Shown one piece after another: positions 1 through 10,095 of a DNA stretch of 64,000 nucleotides (its first letter is position 1; the number at the start of each line of letters is the position of its first letter). The position numbers were made by a program, and so were the translations under genes. This DNA comes from a bacterium (lineage in GTDB: Bacteria; Acidobacteriota; Blastocatellia; HR10), in the NCBI GenBank assembly GCA_041640655.1, contig JBEPZV010000002.1:32001-96000 (forward strand). Reading direction: 5' to 3'. The notes under the pieces were generated by a model. That model ran no database searches, had not been told where the DNA came from, and saw only the letters and a program-made list of their open reading frames with translations.

Positions 1-263
1 AAATCCGGCAGCCGACTCGCCACGGGAACCGGACCGATCGCCTCCCGCACATCCTCTCCGGTGAAGACCGCGATCACGCCGGGCGCCCGCCGCGCCGCCT
101 CCACGTTGATCCCCTTCAATCGGGCATGCGCATATATGCTCCGCACGATCGCCGCATAGACCATCCGCGGTCGGACAATATCATCCACATACTGCGACCG
201 CCCGGTGATCAATCGCTGATCCTCCACCCGAGGCACGCGCTCACCCACGAACTGCTTCGCCAT
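1..263 (-). CDS. Xanthine dehydrogenase/aerobic CO dehydrogenase family molybdopterin-binding large subunit, 5' part (runs off window)
   Basis: Own translation from ATG at 263: MAKQFVGERVPRVEDQRLITGRSQYVDDI...RSIYAHARLKGINVEAARRAPGVIAVFTGED, a typical CoxL/XdhA N-terminus; lies directly after coxS. Confidence 0.85.
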   Translation of the reverse strand, partial: MAKQFVGERVPRVEDQRLITGRSQYVDDIVRPRMVYAAIVRSIYAHARLKGINVEAARRAPGVIAVFTGEDVREAIGPVPVASRLPD

Positions 264-284
264 CGCTCTCCCCCTCCTTTCCGT

Positions 285-767
285 TCACGCTTTTTGGCCC
301 CGCAGCTTCTCTGCGGCGTACCGAACGGCCTCGATGATATGCTGATACCCCGTGCACCGACACAGATTCCCCTCGATCCCACGCCGAATCTGCGCCTCGG
401 TCGGATCCGGATACCGCTGGAGCAATTGATAGGCCGCCAGGATCATCCCCGGCGTACAATACCCGCACTGCAACCCATGCTTCATCCAGAACCCTTCCTG
501 AATCGGATGCAACCGCCCCGCTTCGCCCAACCCTTCGATGGTCGTGATCTCCGCCCCATCCGCCTGCACGGCGAAGAGGGTGCACGACTTCACCGCCGCC
601 CCATTGAGCAATACCGTACACGCTCCACACAAGCTCGTCTCGCATCCGATATGCGTCCCCGTCAGTCCCACCACGTCTCGAATGTAGTGGACCAACAGCA
701 ATCGAGGCTCCACCTCGTGGCGATACCGCATCCCGTTGATCGTCACCTCAATTGTCGTGCGCGTCAC
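285..767 (-). CDS. coxS: Aerobic CO dehydrogenase-type small (2Fe-2S) subunit
   Basis: [20 protein letters not shown] and GNLCRCTGY motifs. Confidence 0.88.
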   Translation of the reverse strand: MTRTTIEVTINGMRYRHEVEPRLLLVHYIRDVVGLTGTHIGCETSLCGACTVLLNGAAVKSCTLFAVQADGAEITTIEGLGEAGRLHPIQEGFWMKHGLQCGYCTPGMILAAYQLLQRYPDPTEAQIRRGIEGNLCRCTGYQHIIEAVRYAAEKLRGQKA

Positions 768-799
768 GCCCCACCTCCTGTAGCGAAGAATTCGGCAGT

Positions 800-827
800 A
801 TTATATCGCCTCTCCATCTCCTGTCAA
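800..827 (-). promoter_or_regulatory. sigma70 promoter for coxS-coxL
   Basis: Minus strand TTGACA-N16-TATAAT about 30 bp upstream of the coxS start. Confidence 0.7.
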
Positions 828-1016
828 GGGAACTCTCCAGGAGAGGGGGCGCGCTCATGCCCCTCGGGTCGGCACATCGGGATGAAAGAACACCCCGCCC
901 TTTTGGCCGAGTCTGTAGCCGGAACACGATCACACTACGGGTGCACTCCCGTATGGAGCTCGGCACCGTCACCGGCGATCGGAACGGTGCGCGTTCACGT
1001 GTGCGCCAGCGCCCGC

Positions 1017-1250
1017 TCAGTCCTCGAGAATCTCCAACCCCACCCGCTTCTTCTGCTTCATCCCGGCGGCGCTGAGGATCGTCCGAATCGCCTTGGCGTT
1101 CTCCCCTCCCTTACCGATGACCTTCCCCAGATCGGACTTCGCCACCCGCAATTCGTAGACGATCGTCCCCGTTCCGGCGACTTCCCGAACTCGGACCTGA
1201 TCGGGATAATCCACCATCGCTTTCACGATCTCTTCGACCAACTCTTTCAT
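1017..1250 (-). CDS. khpA: KH-domain RNA-binding protein, KhpA family
   Basis: [19 protein letters not shown]...[20 protein letters not shown], GxxG KH loop. Confidence 0.85.
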   Translation of the reverse strand: MKELVEEIVKAMVDYPDQVRVREVAGTGTIVYELRVAKSDLGKVIGKGGENAKAIRTILSAAGMKQKKRVGLEILED

Positions 1251-1427
1251 ACCACCCGGACCGTCCATACGCCGATCGTCTCACTGCGATAACGCGGATT
1301 TATCATACACGCTTCTCGGAGATGTTTCAATAGCTCTCTGCGCGAGGACGCCGAGGGTCTTCACCCCGTCCGCTCCCGGATGCTACACTGTAAAGGGCGA
1401 GGCGACGAACATGAGGAGAGCGATCGG

Positions 1428-2123
1428 ATGAAGAAGGCGAACGGCATCGCGCGATTGCCGATCTTTCCCCTCCCCGTTGTGTTGATCCCGGAGATGACGC
1501 TCCCGCTTCACATCTTCGAGCCGCGCTATCGACTCATGCTCCGCCGGTGCCTGGAGGGCGATCGCCTCTTCGGCTTGAGCTATCATCCGGATGCGGAGGT
1601 GGGCCGGCTCGCCATCCCTGATTTGGAGAGCGTCGGCTGCGCGGCGCGCATTCTCCACGTGCGCCCGCTCCCCGACGGTCGAGCGAACATCCTCACCATC
1701 GGGACGACGCGGTATCGAATCGCCCGCTATCTCTCCCAAGACCCCTATCTGCTCGCCGAAGTCGAATTCTTCGCGGACGATCCGATTGAGGACGAAGAGC
1801 GCGATGCCGTGACGGCACTGGTCGCTCACGCCACGGCGCGCTTTGTGCGCTTCCTGCGCGCCCTGCAACGTCTCCACGATCTGCCCGAACGCTCGGTCGC
1901 CCTGCCCGACAATGTCGAACGTCTCTCGTTCACTATCGCCGCTGCCGTATTGCATCAGCCGGAGGACTTGCGCCATGTTCTGGAACTGGTCTCCACCCGA
2001 GCGCGCCTGGAATTCCTGCTCGCCCATCTGGAGCAGCTCGCCGAGGATTACGAGCAACGCGCGCGATCGCATGTGGAGGCGAGACGCAATGGACATCGGC
2101 GGTCTCTGTCTCGCGCGCCCTGA
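1428..2123 (+). CDS. LON peptidase substrate-binding domain protein
   Basis: LPIFPLPVVLIPEMTLPLHIFEPRYRLM signature; no AAA or protease domain. Confidence 0.88.
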   Translation: MKKANGIARLPIFPLPVVLIPEMTLPLHIFEPRYRLMLRRCLEGDRLFGLSYHPDAEVGRLAIPDLESVGCAARILHVRPLPDGRANILTIGTTRYRIARYLSQDPYLLAEVEFFADDPIEDEERDAVTALVAHATARFVRFLRALQRLHDLPERSVALPDNVERLSFTIAAAVLHQPEDLRHVLELVSTRARLEFLLAHLEQLAEDYEQRARSHVEARRNGHRRSLSRAP

Positions 2124-2190
2124 CCCCCATCGGCCCTCGCGCGAAGTGGGAGGTGCGCTCGCTTCCGCGGGGCGAAAGGAGGAGGTCGCC

Positions 2191-2886
2191 ATGATCACCG
2201 TGAGCGTTCGATTCTTCGCGCATTGTCGGGAGCTGGCGGGCACGGCCGAATGCGACGTGCAGCTCCCTCCATCGGCGACCGTCACCCATGCACTTGAAGA
2301 GGTGTACGAGCGATTCCCCGCACTGCGCGAACTGCGGGGCCGCGTCCTGGTCGCCGTCAACGAGCGATATGCGGCTCCCGAGACGCCCCTGCATTCGGGC
2401 GATGTTCTGGCGCTTCTGCCTCCGGTCAGCGGGGGACAAGAGGCGGACGTCTTCGCGCTGGTCCGCGAACCGATCGAAGCGCGCGCGCTCGTCCAACGTC
2501 TGCTCCGGGGCGCGGCCGGAGCCGTCGTCACCTTCGATGGCGTCGTCCGCGAGCAGACGGGGGGTCGGCGCGTCCGCTATCTCGAATACGAAGCCTATGA
2601 GGCGATGGCCCTGCGCATGCTGCGCCAGATCGGACGAGAGATCCGCGCGCGCTGGCCCATTGACCGCATCGGCATCGTACATCGGCTCGGGCGCCTCGAG
2701 ATCGGTGAGTCGAGCGTCGTCATCGTCGTGACCTCAGCCCACCGACGTCCCGCCTTCGAAGCCTGCCAGTATGCCATTGATCGGCTGAAGAAGATCGTCC
2801 CCATCTGGAAGCGTGAATATTTCGAGGACGGGAGCGTCTGGGTGGATGGCGAATGGCCTTCGCCCGAGGAGCTGCCCTCCGAATGA
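2191..2886 (+). CDS. Fused molybdopterin synthase MoaD-MoaE (MoaX-like)
   Basis: RBS GGAGG; MoaD domain ending PPVSGG continues in frame into MoaE (GAVVTFDGVVR, HRLGRL, LKKIVPIWKREYF). Confidence 0.9.
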   Translation: MITVSVRFFAHCRELAGTAECDVQLPPSATVTHALEEVYERFPALRELRGRVLVAVNERYAAPETPLHSGDVLALLPPVSGGQEADVFALVREPIEARALVQRLLRGAAGAVVTFDGVVREQTGGRRVRYLEYEAYEAMALRMLRQIGREIRARWPIDRIGIVHRLGRLEIGESSVVIVVTSAHRRPAFEACQYAIDRLKKIVPIWKREYFEDGSVWVDGEWPSPEELPSE

Positions 2887-2887
2887 G

Positions 2888-3493
2888 CTATCGCACACGT
2901 GAGGGCGCGCGCGCCGGCCGAGAGACGAACGGATTCCCGTGGATGTAGAACCGCCAGGGCTTCTCGCTCCACGGCCCGGCATACTCCACTCCGATGCGCG
3001 GAGCGGCGACGATGTGCTCCGGCGCGATCGCCTCTCCCCGATCCTCCACATAGAGGACCGACCCGCAGAGATCGAGGCCGTTGAACGTCCGATCCACACC
3101 CAGATACCGGCAGACCTTCCCCGGCCCGTTGGGGATCAGAGGCGCGCGCGCGGCATCGGGCGCAATCGGCTCCAAGGCCCGGATGAGCACGGCCGCCGGA
3201 TACCCCTCGCGCTCGGTCACGATGTTGAGACAATGGTGCACGCCGTAGATCAGATAGACGTAGGCATATCCCGGTGGACCGAACATGACGGCCGTCCGTG
3301 GCGTGAGACCGCGCCAGGCGTGCGACGCGCGATCCTCAGGACCGACGTAGGCCTCGGTCTCGACGATTCGCCCGACGATCACCCCCCGTGCTGTGCGATG
3401 CACGAGATATTTCCCCAGCAGCTCTCGAGCGACCTCCACCGTCGGTCGCTCGTAGAATGCGCGCGCGAGCTTTCGCCCACTCGTATTTCGCAC
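2888..3493 (-). CDS. DNA-3-methyladenine glycosylase (MPG/AAG family)
   Basis: GRIVETEAY, YVYLIYGVHHCLNIV, AVLIRALEP, NGPGK, RIGV motifs; start approximate. Confidence 0.9.
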   Translation of the reverse strand: MRNTSGRKLARAFYERPTVEVARELLGKYLVHRTARGVIVGRIVETEAYVGPEDRASHAWRGLTPRTAVMFGPPGYAYVYLIYGVHHCLNIVTEREGYPAAVLIRALEPIAPDAARAPLIPNGPGKVCRYLGVDRTFNGLDLCGSVLYVEDRGEAIAPEHIVAAPRIGVEYAGPWSEKPWRFYIHGNPFVSRPARAPSRVR

Positions 3494-3531
3494 GTGGTGC
3501 GAGACCCCGATCCTCGCGAACGAGGAGCGGC

Positions 3532-3951
3532 TCACCGCTCCAGCAGTTGGAGTTGATACCGACCTCTCCCCTCTCGCCGCACGCTGTTGACGCGAACGAA
3601 GTAGCGACCCGAGCGAGGGAGCGTGCACCGAAGTTGCGCATGTCCGTGCTCGCCGCTATCGCTGAGCATCTCCACCCCGTTCTCGTCCATGAGCGTCAAG
3701 TAGGGATGAAACTCGCGTGAGCGAAGGTGGATGACAATCCGCTGCCCACGATTCCCACGGAAGACGTAGAGGTCGTAATACGACCCATCGGCCATCTTCC
3801 GATCGCCCTCTTCAAGAGCGCCCTCGACCGTCTGCCCGATATGAATCGGCGTCTGCGCCCGGACATCGGCCGCGAGAGCGACGACCGCGAATCCGAAGAC
3901 GGCGATCCACCGCCGCCGATGTGAACGATCGTCCGGCGCGACTCTCCCCAT
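3532..3951 (-). CDS. Secreted PPC (pre-peptidase C-terminal) domain protein
   Basis: Signal-like segment ending VRAQ; YDLYVFRGNRGQRIVIHLRS...LPRSGRYFVRV; start uncertain. Confidence 0.7.
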   Translation of the reverse strand: MGRVAPDDRSHRRRWIAVFGFAVVALAADVRAQTPIHIGQTVEGALEEGDRKMADGSYYDLYVFRGNRGQRIVIHLRSREFHPYLTLMDENGVEMLSDSGEHGHAQLRCTLPRSGRYFVRVNSVRREGRGRYQLQLLER

Positions 3952-3991
3952 CTCAGGATCTCTCTGACAGCGCCCCATCTTGTGGGGTCCG

Positions 3992-4720
3992 CTATGCTCC
4001 GCCCGACTTCCGCGATCCGCCCCCACCCGAACGCTGCCGTTCTCGCTCGATCCACCGGGCGAGCTTCTCGGCGCGATGACGGACCATCAGGAGCACATCC
4101 TCATCCTGCTCCAACTCGCGCAGCATGGGCAGGAGCTTCTCCGGCTCCCCGAGCCATCCGTTCTTCAGCTCGGCCTCGAGACCGCGCAGCTGCCGATCGA
4201 GATCGAGAGGACCATGCTGCCGGGCGAGGGTGATCAGGAAGACGCGATACTCCTGCATGGCGATGCCTCGGAGCAAGTGCGCCAGCTCCCGCATCTTCTC
4301 GTTGCGCGTGAACGTGAACCGCACGCACCGTTGGCGATCGCCCCGTCGAACTCCAAGGGTGACCGTGCCCAGGGACGGCATCGGGCGCTCGGACTGATAC
4401 TCCTCATCGCTCTCCAGAAAGCGCACGGCCTCCAGATATGCCCTCACGCGTTCCACGGTGCGGGCCAGCAACTGCAGAGGAAGGACGACGGGTTCCTCGC
4501 TCTCCTTGCGCCAGAAGGAGAACGTCCCCCGCCCGGTCTCATCGAAGCGAAGCTCGAAGCGCGTGGGATCGAGCTGTGGATGCTCGAACGTATAGGAGTA
4601 GTGCGTTGTCCCTTCCGAGGTCGGGCGCGGCGCGGCTTCCTGTCCGAGCGCGATGCCGGAACTCACCGTGCTCATCGCGACGAGAAGCCACAGCGCGCGC
4701 CCCCCTCTTCCCCCCCTCAT
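3992..4720 (-). CDS. Hypothetical exported protein
   Basis: Hydrophobic N-terminus ending ALGQ, natural composition, co-oriented after smc; start uncertain. Confidence 0.65.
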   Translation of the reverse strand: MRGGRGGRALWLLVAMSTVSSGIALGQEAAPRPTSEGTTHYSYTFEHPQLDPTRFELRFDETGRGTFSFWRKESEEPVVLPLQLLARTVERVRAYLEAVRFLESDEEYQSERPMPSLGTVTLGVRRGDRQRCVRFTFTRNEKMRELAHLLRGIAMQEYRVFLITLARQHGPLDLDRQLRGLEAELKNGWLGEPEKLLPMLRELEQDEDVLLMVRHRAEKLARWIERERQRSGGGGSRKSGGA

Positions 4721-4763
4721 TCGTCGGTCCCCCCTCTGCAAAGCCCCATGCGGATCATCCGCA

Positions 4764-7700
4764 CTATTGTAACCGAACGGAGACGACTTTGGAAACACCC
4801 GGCTCTTCCATCGTCACGCCGTAGAGGACATCGGCCACCTCCATCGTCTCCTTGTTATGCGTGATGAGGATGAACTGCGTCCGCTGGCTCATCGCGACGA
4901 TCTGACGCGAGAAGCGGGCGATGTTCATGTCATCCAACGGAGCGTCCACTTCGTCGAGCACGCAGAAGGGGCTCGGCCGGTAGCGAAAGATCGCCAGCAG
5001 CAGGGCGAGCGCCGTGAGCGCCTTCTCCCCCCCGGAGAGGAGTTGCAGATTCTGGAGCCGCTTACCCGGAGGTTGCGCGAGGATGTCCACGCCGCTCTCC
5101 AGCACGTTCTCCGGATCGAGCAGGAGCATCTGCCCGCGCCCACCGCCGAAGAGTTCGCGGAAGACCTCCTCGAAATGGGCGTTGATGGCCTCGAAGGCCG
5201 CCAGGAAGCGTTGACGCGCGCGCCGTCGGATCTCGCGCAGCGCCTCTTCGGTCGAGGCGATCGAACGCTCCACATCCTCGCGCTGGGCGCGAAGGAAGGC
5301 GAGTCGCTCTTCGGCCTGCTGCAACTCATCCAGAGCCATGAGATTGATGGGCCCCATCTCCTCGATCTTCCGCCGCACATCGTCCAAACGCGCGCGCACG
5401 GCCTGTGGATCCTCGCCGAAGGACGCGTCCTCGACGGAAGCCGCGAGCGCGCTCTCAAGCTCCTCCCCCAACTCGGCCCAACACCTCTCGCTCACGTGAC
5501 GCATCTCGGTCAGGAGAGCCGCGCGCTCGACCTCCTCTTGTCCCATGCGATCCCGAAGCTCCGATTCTCGCTCGCGCAGCTCGGCGAGGCGCGCGCGCAG
5601 GGAATCCGCCGCCGCGTGCGCTCCCTCCAGGTGCTCCATCGCGCGACGGAGCTCATCCTCGGCCTGCCCCCGCGCCTGCTCCAACTCGCGCTCGCGTTGG
5701 TGCCACAGGTGCTGCTGCTGCAGGCCCTGCTCCCGCTCGCGATGAAGGTGCTCGCGCTCACGGCGCAGTTCCTCCAGGCGTTGCAGGAGGTTCTGACGCT
5801 CCTGCTCCAAGCGCCGGAGTTGGGCTTGCACGGCCTGTCGCCGTTCCGCTTTCGCCGCGAGCTGGATGCGCAGCGCCGCCACCCGCTCGGCTGAAGCCTC
5901 ACATGCCCGACGTCGGTGCGAGAGCGCTTCGTGCTGAGCGCGCTGCTGCGCCTCCAGCATGCGAAGGCGCTCCTCGGCGCGCTGCTGCTCGGCGCGGGCT
6001 CGCTCGCATTCCTGCTCCAAGTGCGTTCGCTCGCGCTCGGCCTCCGATCGCTCGAACTCGACCACGGCCACATGTTGCTGCGCGCGCTCCAGATCCCGCT
6101 CGACCTCCGAGAGGCGCCCCTGCGCCTCGAAAAGGGCGCGCTCCTGTTCCCCGATGGCCGCTTCCAGGCGAGCGCTCTCCTGAAGCCATGCCTGGACGGC
6201 GCGTTCGCCTTCCTGGCACTGCTGCTGCCATTGCTGGAGCTGTTGCGTCAGCTCCTCGCGGCGAGCGCGCAGCTCACGAATCTCGCGCTTCATCCCCAGG
6301 ATCCCGACCGGTGATCCCCCCCCGCTCCCTCCGACCAGGAGCGTCCCCCCTCGAACCCATTCTCCACGTCGGGTCAGGAACACCCGCTTCGGATCCGCCA
6401 CCGATTGCCGCACGGCTGCCTCCAGATCAGAGGCGATCTCAACCCGCTCGCACTCGGGGAAGGCCCGCGCCAGCGCGCGCGCCACGGCAGAAGTCGCCCC
6501 CAGTGCGGCGAGGAATCCGTCGCGCTCGGCCTCCTCCTCCGAACGCTCTCGCCCGTCGGTCGTGCCGATGCCCTCGGCAGAAGCGCCGTCCTCGACCACC
6601 AAGAATTGCGCCCGCCCCAGCCGCGCGGACTCCAGAACGGCGAGCGCAGCCCGCGCGTCCTCCCAGGAGGGGACGAGGATCGCATGCAGCCGCTCGCCGA
6701 GAAATCCTTCGACCATACGCTCGTCCTCGGGCGCCACGTGCAGGGCATCAGCGAGTGTGCCGAGCACCCGCACATGACCATTGCGCCGACTCACCTCGAC
6801 TACATGCTGCACGGCGCGCGAGGCATAGGCCTGTCGCTCCTCCAACTCCGAGAGCGAAGCCAAGCGATTCTCGACGGCGATCATCGCCTTCTCCACCTCC
6901 GCCCGTGCGGCGCGCGCCTGCGCCGCGTGCTCTTGAGCGTGCTGCACGCGCTGCCTCACAGCCTCGCGCTCAGCACGCAAGGCGTCAAGCCGCAGGCGCA
7001 GCGCCTCCGCCTCGTGATGCCAGCGCTGGCGTTCGGCCTGAAGCTGCGCCTCCCGACCGCCAGCGCGCTCTCGCTCGGTCTCCAAACGCCGCAGCTGCGC
7101 CTCCAGACGTCGCACCCCCTCCGAGAGCTGATGCACGACATTGCGCCAATGTGCGACCTCGCCAATCGCCTCCACATACTGAGCCCGCATCTGCTCGATC
7201 TGCTGCTCGCAGGCCCTCGCCTCGGCGAGAGAGTGCTCGTGACGCCCCTCCTCGGCGCGAAGCTCCTCCTCATGTTCGGCGAGTTCGCGGAGAATCTCCT
7301 GCAGTTCGCCGGAGAGCCGCGCGATCTCGCGGACGACGAGCGTCAACCGCTCCGCCACGGTCTCCTCCTCGCGCTGCCGGGCGCGCTCGCGCTCGTCGAG
7401 CTCTTCAATGTGCGACGCGCTCCGCTGACGCTGCCCGCGCACGCGCTCCAGCTCCACTTCGATCTCGGCCAAGCGCTCGCGGGCCGAGGCGATGCGCGCT
7501 TCGCGAGCGCGCTCCTCATGAACGAGCTGCCGATGCTCGGTCTCCAGCGTCGCCATCTGCTCCATCACCTCGGCGCGCGCGCGCTCCAGCGCCGCGATCC
7601 GTTCACTCACCGCCGCGAGCGCCGATTCCAACCGCCGATATTCCAGGCGAAAGAGCCGCCGCGCCAGAGCGCGCCATTCCTCCCGAAGACGCCGATACCG

Positions 7701-8426
7701 GCGAGCCCGCGCCGCCTGCCGTCTCAACGTCCCCACCTGGCGCTCGATCTCCGCGATGATGTCGTTCAAGCGCGCCAGATTCTGACGCGCCGACTCCAAG
7801 CGGGTCTCCGCCGCGCGCTCGCGCAGCTTGAGTCGGGTGATCCCCGCCGCCTCTTCGATCACGGCTCGGCGTTCCGCAGGCTTGGCCTGAATGAGCGCCG
7901 TCACGCGATCCTGCCCGATCAGCGCGTAATGCCCCGGCCCAAGCCCCGTCCCCGCGAACAGGTCATAGATGTCGCGCAGACGAACCGATTGGCCATCAAT
8001 CCAGTACTCGCTCTCGCCCGAACGATATAATCGGCGCCCGACGGTCAGCACCGTGCCCGCCGGGATGATCTCCGCAGGCCAGGACCGCCGCGCGGATCGT
8101 TCCGCTCCCTCTTCGGGAACGCCAGCTTCATCCCCCCCTTCCTCGCGCAGCCGAATATCTTCAGTCGCCACGAGCGTGAGGATGACCTCCGCCATTCCCA
8201 GTGGGGGGCGCGCGCGCGTCCCCTGGAAGATCACATCCTCCATACGCGCCCCCCGAAGCAGCCGCGCGCTCTGTTCGCCGAGCACCCACGCGATCGCATC
8301 CGCGATGTTGCTCTTGCCGCAGCCGTTTGGACCGACGATCGCCGTGATGGCGCTGGGGAAGACCAACTCCGTCGGATCGCCGAAGGACTTGAACCCGCGC
8401 AACTCGATCTTCTCCAGCCTCAGCAT
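4764..8426 (-). CDS. smc: Chromosome segregation protein SMC
   Basis: MLRLEKIELRGFKSF, Walker A GPNGCGKSN, long coiled coils and hinge, LSGGEK, LDEVDAPLD. Confidence 0.97.
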   Translation of the reverse strand: MLRLEKIELRGFKSFGDPTELVFPSAITAIVGPNGCGKSNIADAIAWVLGEQSARLLRGARMEDVIFQGTRARPPLGMAEVILTLVATEDIRLREEGGDEAGVPEEGAERSARRSWPAEIIPAGTVLTVGRRLYRSGESEYWIDGQSVRLRDIYDLFAGTGLGPGHYALIGQDRVTALIQAKPAERRAVIEEAAGITRLKLRERAAETRLESARQNLARLNDIIAEIERQVGTLRRQAARARRYRRLREEWRALARRLFRLEYRRLESALAAVSERIAALERARAEVMEQMATLETEHRQLVHEERAREARIASARERLAEIEVELERVRGQRQRSASHIEELDERERARQREEETVAERLTLVVREIARLSGELQEILRELAEHEEELRAEEGRHEHSLAEARACEQQIEQMRAQYVEAIGEVAHWRNVVHQLSEGVRRLEAQLRRLETERERAGGREAQLQAERQRWHHEAEALRLRLDALRAEREAVRQRVQHAQEHAAQARAARAEVEKAMIAVENRLASLSELEERQAYASRAVQHVVEVSRRNGHVRVLGTLADALHVAPEDERMVEGFLGERLHAILVPSWEDARAALAVLESARLGRAQFLVVEDGASAEGIGTTDGRERSEEEAERDGFLAALGATSAVARALARAFPECERVEIASDLEAAVRQSVADPKRVFLTRRGEWVRGGTLLVGGSGGGSPVGILGMKREIRELRARREELTQQLQQWQQQCQEGERAVQAWLQESARLEAAIGEQERALFEAQGRLSEVERDLERAQQHVAVVEFERSEAERERTHLEQECERARAEQQRAEERLRMLEAQQRAQHEALSHRRRACEASAERVAALRIQLAAKAERRQAVQAQLRRLEQERQNLLQRLEELRREREHLHREREQGLQQQHLWHQRERELEQARGQAEDELRRAMEHLEGAHAAADSLRARLAELRERESELRDRMGQEEVERAALLTEMRHVSERCWAELGEELESALAASVEDASFGEDPQAVRARLDDVRRKIEEMGPINLMALDELQQAEERLAFLRAQREDVERSIASTEEALREIRRRARQRFLAAFEAINAHFEEVFRELFGGGRGQMLLLDPENVLESGVDILAQPPGKRLQNLQLLSGGEKALTALALLLAIFRYRPSPFCVLDEVDAPLDDMNIARFSRQIVAMSQRTQFILITHNKETMEVADVLYGVTMEEPGVSKVVSVRLQ

Positions 8427-8475
8427 GGCCTCCGCCGCACCCACAAGATATTCGACTTCGTGCCGAACCTGCCTC

Positions 8476-8504
8476 AATATAATGGAGTCACCAGGGGTTG
8501 TCAA
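8476..8504 (-). promoter_or_regulatory. sigma70 promoter for smc
   Basis: TTGACA-N17-TATATT on minus strand. Confidence 0.65.
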
Positions 8505-9106
8505 AGGGGCTCCCCGGAGGAGGGCGTGCCCGGACGACCGAGCGCCTTCCAGGCGAGGGGCAGAAGTCCGGCCGCGATCAGCACCTTCACCGCATCGCCC
8601 GGCAGGAAGGGCCACACGCCGAGCGCGAGCGCCCGATCCACAGGCGCGAAGCGCAACAGGCCGAACAGTCCCCCCAGGTAGATCAGGACCTGCCCGATCC
8701 CCATCGCTCCGACGGCGGTCGCCCATCGGCGATCCCATCCGCGTTCGGCCAACGCTCCGGTCACATAGGCGGCGAGAACAAATCCCCACAAGTATCCGCC
8801 CGTCGGTCCCAGCAGGTGCGCCACCCCGGCGCGCCCGCCCGCGAAGACGGGCCATCCCAAGATCCCGTATCCGAGATAGAGGAGCATCGCCAGCATCCCA
8901 CGATGAGCCCCCAGCGCGGCTCCCCCCAGCAGGACGACGAGCGTCTGCGCCGTGATCGGCACGGGCGTGAACGGTAAGGGGACGGCCACTTGCGCCGCGA
9001 GCGCGACCAGGAGGCTGACGCTCACGACGGCGAGGCCTCGAGCGATGGTCGCCTCCTCGGCCGCGAGCACATCCACCAATGTCCGTCCCGGAGCGAGCAC
9101 CGGCAT
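8501..9106 (-). CDS. bioY: Biotin transporter BioY
   Basis: PFTPVPITAQTL, LGPTGGYLWGF, PFLPGDAVK. Confidence 0.92.
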   Translation of the reverse strand: MPVLAPGRTLVDVLAAEEATIARGLAVVSVSLLVALAAQVAVPLPFTPVPITAQTLVVLLGGAALGAHRGMLAMLLYLGYGILGWPVFAGGRAGVAHLLGPTGGYLWGFVLAAYVTGALAERGWDRRWATAVGAMGIGQVLIYLGGLFGLLRFAPVDRALALGVWPFLPGDAVKVLIAAGLLPLAWKALGRPGTPSSGEPL

Positions 9107-9131
9107 CGCACCTCACCTCCTTCTGGCTTCA

Positions 9132-9893
9132 TCATTGCGCGGAGAACCGCTCGTTGAGGGCGCGCAACCGCATAATGATAAGGACAGCGATCGGCGGCAG
9201 CAAGAGCACATTGATGAGTCCATGGCTCACGAGCAATCGCCCGTTGATCCCCAGCAGCGCATAGCGCACGAGAGAACCGAACACGAGCGCCAGCAGATAC
9301 CCCCCCACGAGGAAGGCCAGCACCGCCGTGCGCGAGAAGGGCTTCCCCGCCCTCTCCTCTTCCAAGCGCAGGAGGGAAGGCGTGATGTCATCCGGATATG
9401 CGTAGTAGTCCAGGCACGCCATGACATCGCGCACCAGCTCCCACATGCCGAGACCGAACAGCCCCAGGCAGATCGCCTTCCCCATGACGCCGAGCATCTC
9501 GAAGATCGGAGGGCGGAACAGCGCCACGAGGAACGCCGAGGCGAACAGCGAGACCGTGAGCATCACGGCCATCTGGCGAATCGTCGTCTCCTCTCGCTCT
9601 CTCCGAAGCAGCTCCTCGATGATGACCTTCACGCGCTCCTGCAAGACGGCCGCTCGTTCCCGCTGCCGCACATACTCCTCGTAATCGGCGAGCAAGCCGC
9701 GATCATAGAGGGCGCGCAGTCGCCGACTGCTCAGGACCTTGTACGCCTCCGTGATCCGCGCGAAATCCTCAGCGGCCGTCGGCGACGGATTCACGTCCGG
9801 ATGATAGAGCTTGGCCAACCGACGATAGGCCGCTTTGATCTCCCGCTCGCTCGCCTGACGCGAGACGCCCAAGAGGCGATAGAAGTCGGCCAT
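9132..9893 (-). CDS. J-domain protein with C-terminal transmembrane helices
   Basis: DFYRLLGV...[13 protein letters not shown]-domain followed by about 4 hydrophobic segments. Confidence 0.85.
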   Translation of the reverse strand: MADFYRLLGVSRQASEREIKAAYRRLAKLYHPDVNPSPTAAEDFARITEAYKVLSSRRLRALYDRGLLADYEEYVRQRERAAVLQERVKVIIEELLRREREETTIRQMAVMLTVSLFASAFLVALFRPPIFEMLGVMGKAICLGLFGLGMWELVRDVMACLDYYAYPDDITPSLLRLEEERAGKPFSRTAVLAFLVGGYLLALVFGSLVRYALLGINGRLLVSHGLINVLLLPPIAVLIIMRLRALNERFSAQ

Positions 9894-10095
9894 CGCCTGA
9901 TCTCCTCAGACACTTCTCCCGCGCGTTCGCCCGATCCCGCAAAAAGAGCGAGGGGCATCCGGGGCGATTCCTCTCCATCGGTCACCCTGCTCGAGATCTC
10001 GCACATGGGGTCTCAGGCGCGTACGGAGCAGAGTCCTCGCGAAGTCTCCGACGTCATCTCCCGGCAAGGAGCCTCAAATCCCACCGCGAGAGGAT

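Noticed and set aside
830..1010. Possible structured ncRNA (e.g. 6S) between khpA and the coxS promoter
   Set aside because: Only short hairpins such as TACGGG/CCCGTA; no recognisable family features. An Rfam scan would be needed
8427..9116. N-terminal extension of the SMC ORF in the track
   Set aside because: Overlaps bioY in another frame; the SMC motif and a promoter place the start at 8426
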